This document shows positions 47,563-59,666 of a stretch of 64,000 bases of DNA, piece by piece. The DNA comes from Octopus sinensis (Eukaryota), in contig NC_043008.1 in assembly GCF_006345805.1 (NCBI RefSeq), positions 55,490,001 to 55,554,000 on the forward strand. The letters are read 5' to 3'. The position numbers and the translations under genes are program-made. The notes under the pieces were generated by a model. That model was given only the letters and a program-made list of their open reading frames with translations, was not told the origin of the DNA and ran no database searches. Numbering within the stretch: the first letter of the stretch is position 1; each line of letters starts with the position of its first letter.

Positions 47563-48465
47563 AACATTAGTAGTAGTATTATTTATTAAGGAGGCGAAAT
47601 GGCAGAATTGTTAACACATCGGGCAAATTTATTTACATTCTGAATTCAAACCAAGATAAGGTCAACTTATCCTTTCATCCCTCTGGAGGTGATAAAATAC
47701 TGATCGAATACCGAAGTCAATAGGGAGCTCTAGGATTTTGAGTTGTGTGGAATTATTTCTTAGCCAGTTGATCCCAGATCTACTGTAACCTAGAGTAGTA
47801 GCACCTATACTATAGCTATAGGTAGATTGGCTTCCTGGCCATGCATGTGAAGACAGGATTTGGTGGCCTCTTCAGAAGAGGCCTTCCTGGTCTAAATGGA
47901 AGGGAAAGTGGTTGCAGGAAAATAGTGGGGTGCAGAGAGAAAGAGGAGGTAAAAGACATCTTGGTCAACCAGTGCATTCATCTCCACCCCTGTTGTCTTG
48001 ACCTGGTCTTGTCACTGGATTGAAGATGGCCCCAGATGAGAGAGAGTGCGGTTCACAATGAGCAACTCTTCTTCACTTTGAACAAAGTCACTGCACAAGT
48101 CATCGGTCCTTATTAAGGATGACTAGATGGTCCTCATTACTGCAACAAATGGAAATGTGCAGTTGAGAGGGAATATAGACTCTCTCATGGCCCTCCAACT
48201 CTTGACCCCAAGGAAACATCTAGTATATGACAGTTGGAGGAAGAGATGACTATGTCAGCACATAGCCAGTACTCATTACAGTTGAGTGGAGCAACATGAA
48301 GTGAAGTGTCTTGCTCAAGAACACAATGCACCACGCAGTCCAGGAATCAAATCCATGACCTTGATATTGAGTGCCCAAAAATGAGTGTATGTCCATGTGT
48401 GTGTGTATACAAATACACATATATACTAGTGGAATTTTGAATTACTTTACATATATGTATATACC

Positions 48466-48697
48466 TATTTCTTTACTACCCACAAGGGGCTAAACACAGA
48501 GGGGACACACAAGGACAGATAAACGGATTAAGGCGATTATATCAACCCCAGTGTGTAACTGGTACTTATTTAATTGACCCCAAAAGGATGAAAGGCAAAG
48601 TCGACCTCGGCGGAATTTAAACTCACAATGTAACAGCAGATGAAATACCGCTAAGCATTTCGCCCGGCGTGCTAACGTTTCTGCCAGCTCACCGCCT
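48466..48697 (-). mobile_element. Family A SINE, young monomer
   Basis: 14-bp TSD TATATGTATATACC (48452-48465, 48698-48711); CpGs retained. Confidence 0.9.
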
Positions 48698-49116
48698 TAT
48701 ATGTATATACCATCCACTTTTCTATGCTTGCATGGGACAAATGAAGTTTATTGAGGCAGATTTTCTAAAGCCAGATGCCTTACTTGACACAAACCCTCAC
48801 CTGTTTTTAAGCAAAGTAATATTTTACCAGACCAGATATATTTTCACAATATATTGGAAATGAATGACACTGTTTACACGCGCACACTCACACATACATT
48901 CATGCATGCATAGATGTGTATATACACATATATATACACACACACATATATATACATATACATCCACACAAACAATAGGCCTCGTTCAGCTTTTACCTAC
49001 CAAATCTACTTACAAGGCTTTGATCAGCCTAGGGCTATACAAGAAGACACTTGCCCAAAGTGCCATGCAATAGGACTGAACTCAAAACCATGTGGTTGTC
49101 AAGCAAACTTCTTAAC

Positions 49117-49148
<32 letters not shown>

Positions 49149-49186
49149 CATATATATCCATACACATACATATAATAAAGGAATTT

Positions 49187-49550
49187 TGCTAGTGGGGTGC
49201 TAAGAGCACCATCCGAGCTTGATCGTTGCTAGAGCAGCTAACTGGCTTCTGTGCCAGTGGCACGTAAAAGGTACCATTCGAGCGTGATCGTTACCAGCAT
49301 CACCTTAATGGCACATGAAAAAACATTCAAGCAAGGCCGTTGCCAGTACTGACTGACTGGCCCCCGTGCCAGTAGCACGCAAAAGCACCCACTACACTCT
49401 CGGAGTGGTTGGCATTAGGAAGGACATCCAGCTGTAGAAACTCTGCTAGATCAAGATTGGAGCCTGGTGCAGCCATCTGGCTCGCCAGTCCTCAGTCAAA
49501 TCGTCCAACCCATGCTAGCATGGAAAGTGGGCGTTAAACGATGATGATTA
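49187..49550 (+). mobile_element. Family F retroposon
   Basis: Homologous to 27140-27605. Confidence 0.85.
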
Positions 49551-49864
49551 TAATATATATATATAATATATATATATAATATATATATTTATATATATTG
49601 GGTAATTAAATATGTGTACACACACACATACACCAGAACCTTATTTGAATTTTCACAGATGTTGCTTCAGAAAGCTCAGAAGTGTCTTCTCTGTTTACAT
49701 ATAAACCTTACCTTTGCATAAACTCAACAGGGATCGCTTAGGTTAGCAGAAGAATTAATTGGAACGGTAATTGAATAAAACAAAGTAGATTCTGCTAATA
49801 ATTTTTCTTAGGGGCCCCAAGATAAAAGAAATAAACAAATCACCCCAACTCTCTCTCACAAATT

Positions 49865-49897
<33 letters not shown>

Positions 49898-50100
49898 AAG
49901 CAAATATACACACAGTTACATCTTTAGCTTATAACAAACAGAGCAGGTGTGCTTGAATAAACAGACCTAAAACGTGATAATATTCCACACACATCCACCA
50001 GACATGCACCTACCCACCACCATGCTAGCGTCAATTCTGCTATTAATATTTTCCACTCACCTCACCTAAATTTGTCTTCCATATTTATTTCAAACGTTAC

Positions 50101-50178
50101 CTTAGTATTCTCCCCAGCACTAACAACAACTACAACAACAACGCTAACACAAAGAAAACAAAGCATACTTGTTATCAT
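50101..50178 (-). CDS. Candidate first coding exon with signal peptide
   Basis: MITSMLCFLCVSVVVVVVVSA-GENTK then AAG|GTAACG (phase 0). The frame stays open to a second donor AG|GTGAGG at 50066 (phase 2). Lies in a TE-free stretch; the poly-Val comes from a (GTT)n tract. Confidence 0.3.
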
Positions 50179-50899
50179 GTGTTTTTGTTTGGAGATACAT
50201 AAGGTGCAAAAAAAAAAAATAATAATCCCTATTTCTGAAGGGGGGGGGGGAGAAAAAAACACCCAAAAAAAATAAGTCAGGGTATGATATAAGAAGAAAA
50301 GTGGGGCTGCTTCTTGCTGTAAAGCGTGAATGTCAGCTGTGGGATAAAGATAACTTTACTCTTCAATCTCATCTTGAATAACAACAGTTGAAGACTTTTT
50401 ATGGAAGTCTCAGAATTCTTTGAAGTGGAGCAGGAGAGTGGGAGGAGAAGGAGGAGGAGAGAATAGCAGCAAGGCAAGAGGCAGGCATGAAGAAAGAATA
50501 GAAAGATGAAGGAAAAAAGATAAGGAATGAAGCAAGAACCTACTGGGTCATAGGTGTGTCATTGAAGACAAACTCCGAATGCAGGGAATCCAGTCATTTT
50601 AATTACACCTCTACAGGCTATGTCTACAGCAGTTAGATATAACATCGAGTTGATGGAAGACTAATTCAATTTTACCATTAATTTGCTGCTTCTGACAGTG
50701 AGTTAATCCAAACTTTTAGTGCCAATTTACAGCTTGGTTATACAGAATGTTGGGAGATACAGGCCCGGCGACTGTAGCTCTGGAAATAATTATTATATTA
50801 AAGATATAATAAAGCAAGGAATCCAAACCTTAAAACAAACATTTTTTCAACTGACACATCAGTACTAAGATAGCTAAGCTTTTTTTATTATTATTATTA

Positions 50900-52650
50900 T
50901 TAAAGTGGTGGAGCTGGCAGAATCATTAGCAAGCTGGATAAAATGCTCAGCGGTATTTCATGTCTTTACATACTGAGTTCAAATTCAGCTGAGGTTGACT
51001 TTACCTTTCTTCCTTTTGGGGTCAAATTAAATATCAGCTGAGTATTGGGGTCGGTGTAATCGACTAGTCCCATCCCACCAAATCTCAGGCTTTGTGCCTA
51101 TAGCAGAAAGGATTATTATTATTATTATTATTATTATTAGAGTACAATGATAATAATAATTATTATTATTATTAGAGCTGGCAGAATCATTACTACACCT
51201 GACAAGATGCTTTTACTGACTCAAGGCTATAGTAGAAGACACTTTCCCAAGGTGCCATGCAGTGAGACGGAACTCAAGACCACATGACCAAGAAGCAAGC
51301 TTCTTAACCACAGCTATGCTTTCACCTCATTTACTTTCATCCACTTTCTTCACACCCCCCCCACACACACACACAAAGATGATACAACTGAAATGGAACC
51401 TATCTTATCTATTGAAGCATATATATATATATATATATATATATGGAAGTAAGGCTATCTCCCAACCAGCCCCAGTTTTCATTTGCCCCAGTTCCAATTT
51501 GCCTTCTCTGCAGACTAAATTATCCAAATTCCATTTATTTTGATTCCTCAGGGCTAGGTTTTTAATTTCCCTGTTATCAATATAACTATTTTGAATACAC
51601 ATAGCTCTTATGGTTATCTTATTTATTTATCTATCATCGCTTTTTTTCTTTTTTCCTATAAGAAAAATCAAAACAGAATTTTGAATTTCAGGTGCTGTGG
51701 AAACACAAACTAACTGTTCTATTTAGCGGCATTTTATACATCTTTGTGTTCTGAGTTCAATTTCCACCAAGTTCAACTTTGCCTGTCATCCTTTCGGGAT
51801 TGATAAAATAAGTATCAGTTGAGTACTGGGGTTGATGTAATCGACTTCTCCCTGTCCCCCAAATCATTGGTTTCCTGCCAAAATTTGAAATCATTATTAT
51901 CATTATTATTAATATTTAAAGCAGCGAGCTGGCAGATTTGTCAGCACACCAGCAAAACGCTTAGTGGCATTTCAGTCATCTTTCTGTTCTGAGTTCAAAT
52001 TCTGCCGAGTCAACTTTGCCTTTCATCCTTTTGGGGTTAATAAAATAAGTACCAGTTGAGTATGCCTATGTCCCTTCTTTTTCAGTGTATACCATCTGTA
52101 CTTACTTTCCTTCCCTTTTTCTGTTGTTTTAATCATTTCATTATGTGTAAAGCCCCACACTTTATGTCAGTCTTTGTATTGTCTGCCTCATCCTTTGTCC
52201 TTGTGGCAAATAAATGAAATCATTATTATTATTATTATTATTATTAATATTATTATTATTATTATATTATTAAGGTTGTAAGCTGACAGAATTGTTGATA
52301 GAATTGCTTAGTGGGATTTCATCCACCTTTACATTCTGAGTTCAAATTTCATCAGAGTTAACTTTGCCTTTCATTGTTTGGGGGAGTGGGGGCAAGAAAA
52401 TAGGAACCAGTTAAGTGCTGGGATCAATGTAATCGACTAACCCCTTCCTCTGAAATTGCTGGCCCTGTGCCAAAATTTAAAGCCATTATTAAGCTGGTTA
52501 AGGCTATGAGCTGGCAGAATCATTAGCTCACAAAGGTCAACTTTGCCTTTTATCCTTTTGGGATTGATAAAATAAGTACCAGCTGAGCACTGGAGTCAGT
52601 GTAATCAACTTGAACTGTAATTATCCTGAACTTGCAGACCTTGTACTAAA
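50900..52650 (+). mobile_element. Cluster of about 6 degenerate, co-oriented family A SINEs separated by (ATT)n tracts
   Basis: Recurrent GAGCTGGCAGA heads and CTGAGTTCAAAT B-boxes at about 50900, 51175, 51750, 51925, 52275 and 52505. Confidence 0.75.
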
Positions 52651-53004
52651 ATTTGAAACCACTCCTATCCACCTCTCCTCTGTTGCCCTGATACCTACTT
52701 CCTCTTGTCACTCCTACCCACCTTCTCTCTTCATTGATACCCCCTCCATCCACACCCCTACACCACACACATCCCACTCCACCCTACACTACACACACAC
52801 TAGCACTAACCACTTCCCAGCACCAACACCACACACCCACACATTACAGATGCACACACTTACACATCCACACGTCCAAGTCACTAGCCCCTATCCACAT
52901 GCACACACTCGCACACACACACCATTTTGGGATCACCAGTACTTTATTATCTCCCCTTCATCCTAGCTCTCCTGTCCAACTACCTTTTTCCAACCAGTTG
53001 CCAT

Positions 53005-53190
53005 GATTGACCGCTAAATCCACAAGCTTTTTGTTATTCCCTCTCTGTTTATTTCCTTGTGTTCCTTTCTGTTAAAGAGTGTAGGCTCTAAACATAAAAG
53101 ACTTTCTCACCTTCCTGAGCATCAAACTAATACACCTGCTTGTTGTTTATAGACCTATCTTTGTCTTTTGTTTTTCTGTAAATTTCAACT
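53005..53190 (+). mobile_element. Penelope-like pLTR remnant with decayed hammerhead-like motif (53064-53101)
   Basis: CCTTT-CTGTTAA-A-GAGT(GTAG)GCTC-TAAAC-ATA-AAAGA; ends in (TA)n. Confidence 0.55.
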
Positions 53191-54357
53191 ATATATATAT
53201 ATATATATATGATGGGCTTTCAGTTTCTGTCTACAATTCCACTTACAAGACTTTGGTTGACATGTGACTATGGTACAAGATATTTGTCCAGGGTACCATG
53301 CAGTGGGTCTGAACCTGGAACCATTCCGTGAGAAAGCAAACTTTTTACTACACAGCTATGCCTTTCTTTCTCGTAGAACTGATCTAGAAATTTCATACTT
53401 GCAAACACTCAGCTAAAGACCTGACAGTGACCTAAGAAAACACCACAATGGCCTAATCACAAAATGACATTAGGAAGTCAAGCATGTTTGACAATTTCAC
53501 AGCCACTGACTGAAAAATATGATTCAAACGCAATAGCAATACTGAATTAGTTACATAACATTCCTTACATTAAATAAAAAAAAAAAATCGACAAATCAAC
53601 ATAATTTCAGACTGTTAATCTTTAATCATCTGTTTTAACATGTGCATACACTGAAAACTCCTCAATATTTAGAGTAAATTGATGCAGGGTAATCAATCAA
53701 GAACAGAAGAACAAAAGCTAGAAATTGGAAGCTGATTCTAAGCAGGCCATTGAAATTATTACTCAAACTTAAAAAAAATAATGACTAGCATCTCTGTTCT
53801 TTTCTCTTTATTATAGGCACAGGGCCTGAATACAGAGGGGACATACAAATGACATGCAGGGACATAAAGACGAATGAAGGATGATAAATGAAATGAACAT
53901 AAAATGATACAAATGAAACAGCTATCTGACCCCCGCTGCGAGACGAACCGGGAATACCTTTACCATTAAACTTTATGATTAAACTTAAAACCACCTCTAG
54001 TTTCGCTACAATGCGAAACCGTGACCTTTCCTTTCGTTTCCTGCCTTTAAAATGAACGTTTATATGTATCCTTTTTTTTTTTCAACAGAAAAGTAACTTT
54101 TTGTTTTTTAGCATCTCTGTTCTGGTGGAAAACATGCGAAATGCAGCAAAGCTAAAAAAAAAGTTAACTAGATAACAGGCATGGCTTACTTTATAACATA
54201 GTTTTGAGTTCAAACCCATTGTAGGGCATCCTAGACAAGTGTCTTCAACTATAGCCCCAAGGCTGGCCAATGCCACTGAGTGAATTTGCTAGATGGGAAC
54301 TGTATTTCCTTAGAAATGTGGTGATGAAAGAGTTAAATACATTAGGGTTTCATTTAA

Positions 54358-54577
54358 CCCTTTAGCAATCAAACCAACCATGTCCTGCTCAAATATTCAA
54401 TCTATTTTATGTTCAAACTGGCCTGTATGGGTCTCTCACACCTACCCTACAATGTTATTCTAAAATTAAACAACCAATTCATTGAAATTTCAAAGCTATA
54501 AGTTAACAAATTATTAATTCAAAGCAATGTGAATAAATAAGCTTTACATCTGATAGAGTAATCTGAATGTTAACAAG
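54358..54577. mobile_element. piggyBac-type MITE, degenerate right TIR
   Basis: TTAA-CCCTTTAGC start; body homologous to 8699-8915. Confidence 0.7.
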
Positions 54578-54878
54578 TTAAGGGGAATTTGGGTGCTAGT
54601 TCTAGCTAGTTGAGTGATCGCCATAGAGTTTTCCTTGCTGTCCTAAATTTCTTCTTTTTATTTAGCCTGAAAAGTGATAGTCATCTCAACCTACTATAGA
54701 CACTAGAGTAAGAATAAACAGATTAGCTGTGATTAATGTTGATTTTTCAATTCTTAAGGGTTAAAGTAGAAAATATGGGTACAATGGAAGAGAAAAGTTT
54801 TGGTATATTGGAGAAGGTAAAAAGAAAGAAAACAGAAACCTAATAATGCAGAAAGTTTTATAAAACCTTTATATTTAA

Positions 54879-55098
54879 CCCTTTAGCATTTAAACCGGCC
54901 ATATCCAGCCAAAAGTATTCTACCCGTTTTATGTTCAAACTGGCCAGATCTGGTCTCTTACACCAACCCTACAATATCGTTTTAAAAATTAACAGCTACA
55001 TCATCAAAACTCATAGCTACAAGATAATGCATGATTAATTCAAAACAATGTGGACGAAGAAGCATTAATTTTGGCAGAATAATGTGAACACTAAAGGG
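54879..55098. mobile_element. piggyBac-type MITE
   Basis: TTAA-CCCTTTAGCATT...CTAAAGGG-TTAA. Confidence 0.85.
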
Positions 55099-55110
55099 TT
55101 AAGGCACAAA

Positions 55111-55225
55111 GGCCCATCTTAAGAAGAAAAATAGTCTGGGAAATATCCAGTTATGCTGCATAACTGGACATTGCCCAGACTGATTTTCTTCTGAAGATGG
55201 CCCATTGAGCCTGAAATATAAAAGT
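55111..55225 (+). ncRNA. Palindrome whose right arm carries a hammerhead-like core
   Basis: Arms of about 46 bp centred on 55157; CTGAAGA-T-GGC(CCATTGA)GCC-T-GAAATATA at 55191-55220. Confidence 0.55.
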
Positions 55226-55624
55226 TTGATCAAACTTTCCACATTTATTTTCTCTCATTTTACTTTCTTCAATATTACAATGCTTCAAGTGAACTACAAA
55301 GTTCTTATTTTAGTATATTGTTTACTAGGACTCAAGCAATTTTTTAGTTTTATACTTGCTGGGTCTGAAAGAAGGAGCAGTGTCCCATGTTCCATACAGG
55401 TCTTCTTCAACCAGTAAGATCGATGTCATTAACTCTTTTACTTCAGAAATCAGATGTATCCACTCAAAATTTTTCATTATCTTTAACTTCATAAAACACT
55501 CTTATATACTAATCTACATTTTGTTGAGCAATGTCATGCTTGAAACTATTTTTTGCTGAAACATGCTAAGTTTATTGAGGGAACACAATTTACAAAAAAT
55601 ACCAATTTTATTTTATTTTTTTTG

Positions 55625-56010
55625 TTCATGGTTGTGCAGTAAAAAGCTTGCTTACCAACCACATGGTTCCGGGTTCAGTCCCACTGCGTGGCACCTTTGC
55701 AAGTGCCTTCTACTATAGCCTTGGGCCAACCAAAGCCTTGTGAGTGGATTTGGTAGACAGAAACAAAAAGAATCTGACAATATGTGTGCGTGTCTTTGTT
55801 TGTCCTGCCCCCCCCCCTCCTGCTTGAAAACCAGTGCTGATATGTTTACATCCCTATAACTTAGCAGTTCAGCAAATGAAATTGATAAAATAAGTTCCAG
55901 GCTTTAAAAAAAAAAAAGGTACTGGGATCAATTTATTCAACTAAAAATTCTTCAAGGCGATGCCCCAGCATGGCCACAGTCTCATGACAGAAACAAATAA
56001 AAGATAAAAG
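55625..56010 (+). mobile_element. Family B SINE, full length
   Basis: Head, core and tail motifs. Confidence 0.85.
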
Positions 56011-57009
56011 ACAGGTATTTAACATCATTACTGGAATAATCATAAATAATTTCGTATTTAAAGGGTTAATGTTCCTCTTGAACCTTTGTAAATTAACACC
56101 TGCAGGAAAGGCATGAATGAAGCACAGAGGGACTTCTAGGAGGTCAACATTTGAAGAAAGAAAGGGTAGCCACAGTGATCAGTACGTGGCCTAGGACTGT
56201 AAAAAATGCCAAAAACAAATATCAACTTTCAAAGAAGAATATCAAGTTTGTGATTTTTCTTTTTGCTTTATTCCGCCCCCACCACACCTGGAAGCAGGTA
56301 AAGTGAACTTAAAAATCACTCGACTGAAGGATGAGACAACAAAACCTTATTTAAAACTCATTTAAACTTGCCCCATCATCACCACCAGCATTACACAAGT
56401 GATCTGTAATTTAAAAACAGAAAGAAAACAATGGTGACATATACTATAGAAGAGTACACTAGTACTTTGGTTACATGAGCAAAGTAATAAGTAAGTTGGT
56501 GAAGACATTTTATGTCAGGAGAACAAATGCCCTCAGAGTTTCAAGCAACACTGAACAAGCAGGGTCAGTGACTACACAGAAAGGAGAAGAGTTAAGTGAC
56601 CACAAGCTATTTAGCTGCTGGTTTTGATGTTTATCAGTTACATTCCAGACAAAGGAATTTCTTGCTTCAATGATTAGTTGCTTGGCAAGATTACAAGCTA
56701 TTCAAGAAAGCTGGGTAATTGGGGAGAGAATAAGGGAGAGAGTAGAGGGGAGAAACTGAATCAGCCCATTAGTTATTTAAAGAACAGCAAATGAAATAAA
56801 ATTACCTAAAAGCATGGAAACAATCAATATTGTAGTTTACGCCGGTAGGTTGATAGAAGGGGGGATGGGACAATGAAGACAGACTGCAAACATATTACAG
56901 CATTTAATCTCATATCTCTCGGTTCAGGGTTCAAATCCCAGTGGTGTCAACTTTTCAGGGTCCAGTAGCATAAATGTTATGACATGAAATCAATTGAAGA
57001 AATTCTTTA

Positions 57010-57567
57010 ATATAGGTGCAGATGTGGCTGTGTGGGTAAGAAGCTTTTTTTGCAGCCATATGGTTTCAGTTTCCCCCCACTGCACATTGGGACTAGTGTC
57101 TTCTACTACAGCCCAGGGTCGACCCTGGATGAATTTGGTAGACATAAACTGTCGGCGAGCTGGCAGAAACGTTAGCACGCTGGGTGAAATGCTTAGCAGT
57201 ATTTCATCTGCCATTAAGTTCTGAGTTCAAATTCCACCGAAGTCGGCTTTGCCTTTCATCCTTTCGGGGTCAATAAATTAAGTACCAGTTACACACTGGG
57301 ATCGATGTAATTGACTTAATCCGTTTGTCTGTCCTTGTTTGTTCTCTCTGTGTTTAGCCCCTTGTGGGTGGTAAAGAAATAGGTATTTCATCTGCCACTA
57401 CATTCTGAGTTCAAATTCCGCCAAGGTCGACTTTGCCTTTCATCCTTTCGGGGTCTATTAAATAAGTACCAGTTACGCACTGGTGTCGATGTAATTGACT
57501 TAATCCATTTGTCTGTCCTTGTTTGTCCCCTCTGTGTGTAGCCCCTTGTGGGCAGTAAAGAAATACG
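57010..57567 (+). mobile_element. Family B head followed by a family A dimer
   Basis: The A head starts at about 57148; the second body unit joins at AAAGAAATAG|GTATTTC (about 57381). Confidence 0.85.
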
Positions 57568-58430
57568 AAACTAGAAACCTCTCGTTTATCTGAGTGTGTG
57601 TGGGAAAGAGAGAAGGGAGAAAGAGAGAGCTTGTGTGTGTGTCACTTCATATTTGTCTCTACCACTTGACATCCAGCGTTGTTGGTGTGTTTACATCCCC
57701 ATAACTTAGTGATTTGGCAAAGGAAACTGACAAAATAAGGACCAGACTTAAAAACGAAATAACTACAGGGTTCAATTTGTTTGAATAAACCCTTCAAGGC
57801 AGTGCCCCATTATGGCAACAATCCAATAACTGAAGCAAGTAAAAGGGCGAAAAAGCAAACAAGTCTTTGTTCACAGTAAAACCCAAAATCCCAGTTACAA
57901 TTAATTGAGGTGATGGCCAGCAGCCTTTACCGCCAGACAAAGTATGCACAAGGGTTCCTATATACACAACCATACTATAGATTAGTACTAAGACTCTAGA
58001 TCCATGATATCCCAGGGAGGAACCCAGTGTGCACTTGATCTAAGATGGCACTGATGATGGTCACTGTAGAACTGGGACAGAGGATCAGGTGAGTTATTTC
58101 ACTGTGGTTCCATTGGATTTATATGTATTGACCCTAGAATGAACATAAACTAGTGACCACTGGCTCCGCAGAAAGATCGAATTTACAAACTGGTTCCACT
58201 GTGAACATGACCATGTCAAGGCTGGCACTGGACAAATTCTCATACACCCAGTAACACAGAATCAAGAAATAGGAAGCTTGCTTCCCAGCCACAAGGTTCT
58301 GGGTTCAATCCCACAGTGTGACATGTTGGGCAAGAGTCTTCTACAATAATCTCAGGACAGCCAAAGATTTATGGAAGGATTTGGTAAGAGGAAACTGACA
58401 GATGTGTGTATGTGTGTGTGTGTGTATGAA

Positions 58431-58472
<42 letters not shown>

Positions 58473-59030
58473 TTCTCACCACTGCTTGACAACTTGTTTT
58501 GATCTGTTTACAAACCTAAAACTTAGCAGTTCAGCAAAAAAGATTGATAGAATAGGTACAGGCTTAAAAATAAAAGGGCGATTGGGTTTTACTGTGAACA
58601 AAGACTTGTTTGTTTTTTGCCTTTTACTTGCTTCAGTTATTGGATTGTGGCCATACTGGAGCACAGCCTTGAAGGGTTTAGTCAAACAAACTGAACCCTG
58701 TAGTTATTTCTGAACCCAGAACCATGTGCTTGTGAGGTGAACTTCTTGACCACACATTCAAGTCTGCACACAATCTTTTTTTTACTAAAGGTGAAACTGA
58801 GAATTTGTCTTGTGACTAGAGTCTTACATCACTGTGAACTTCAGTCAAAACCATATACATACATATATATAGAAAATCACTTACTTGTAAACAAAAATAA
58901 TAACTGTACAGGTGTTCCATTAAATAAGTTAATATAATAAATGTGAATCTTGCAAACCAAATCCCAAAACGAAACATTTATTATATGCTTTTGACTTTAT
59001 ATATAAATATATATGAAAGAGAAGCAGTGT

Positions 59031-59096
<66 letters not shown>

Positions 59097-59209
59097 TATA
59101 CATAGTGTGTGTGTGTGTGTGTGTATTGTTTTTTTTTTGCTTTAGGAAAAGCTTTTTTACTTGATTGCTTGGAAGTGCTCAGGTCGAACCAAAGATGTTA
59201 GACATTACA

Positions 59210-59620
59210 TAACTTGGTTTAAGAAGAGACAAAAATTTAGATAATCATCTTATATTTATGATTTCTACCAACATAATAAATACATAAATACATACATCGA
59301 TACAACATAAAATTACAAGACAAGGAACATATTTATATATATTATTTAAGATTTCTCACTACTGCCGACGTATTTTATAACTTTTAATCCTTAATTCAAC
59401 GTCTTTTAACCTTGAATTAAAATTTTTTAAATCAATATATCAACCTTTATTTACCCTTTACATGTACATTTTTGCTTCATATAACTTATCTCTTCCTAAA
59501 TAATATATAGATATGTTCCTTGTCTTGATATAATTTTGTTATATCTATGTATGCATTTATTATGTCAATGTAAATCATAAATATAAAATGATTATCTAAA
59601 TTTTTGTCTCATCTTATACC

Positions 59621-59626
<6 letters not shown>
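59210..59626. repeat. Long AT-rich inverted repeat (about 135-bp arms, 145-bp spacer)
   Basis: 59210-59350 versus 59495-59626, e.g. GAGACAAAAATTTAGATAATCAT / ATGATTATCTAAATTTTTGTCTC. Confidence 0.9.

Positions 59627-59666
<40 letters not shown>

Noticed and set aside
47830-48250. GC-richer segment, possibly a LINE 5' region with a ribozyme
   Set aside because: I could not find a protein motif, HDV-like fold or boundaries to support a call.
54000-54019. 7-bp hairpin GTTTCGC/GCGAAAC as a ribozyme part
   Set aside because: No upstream CUGANGA core; too short to interpret.
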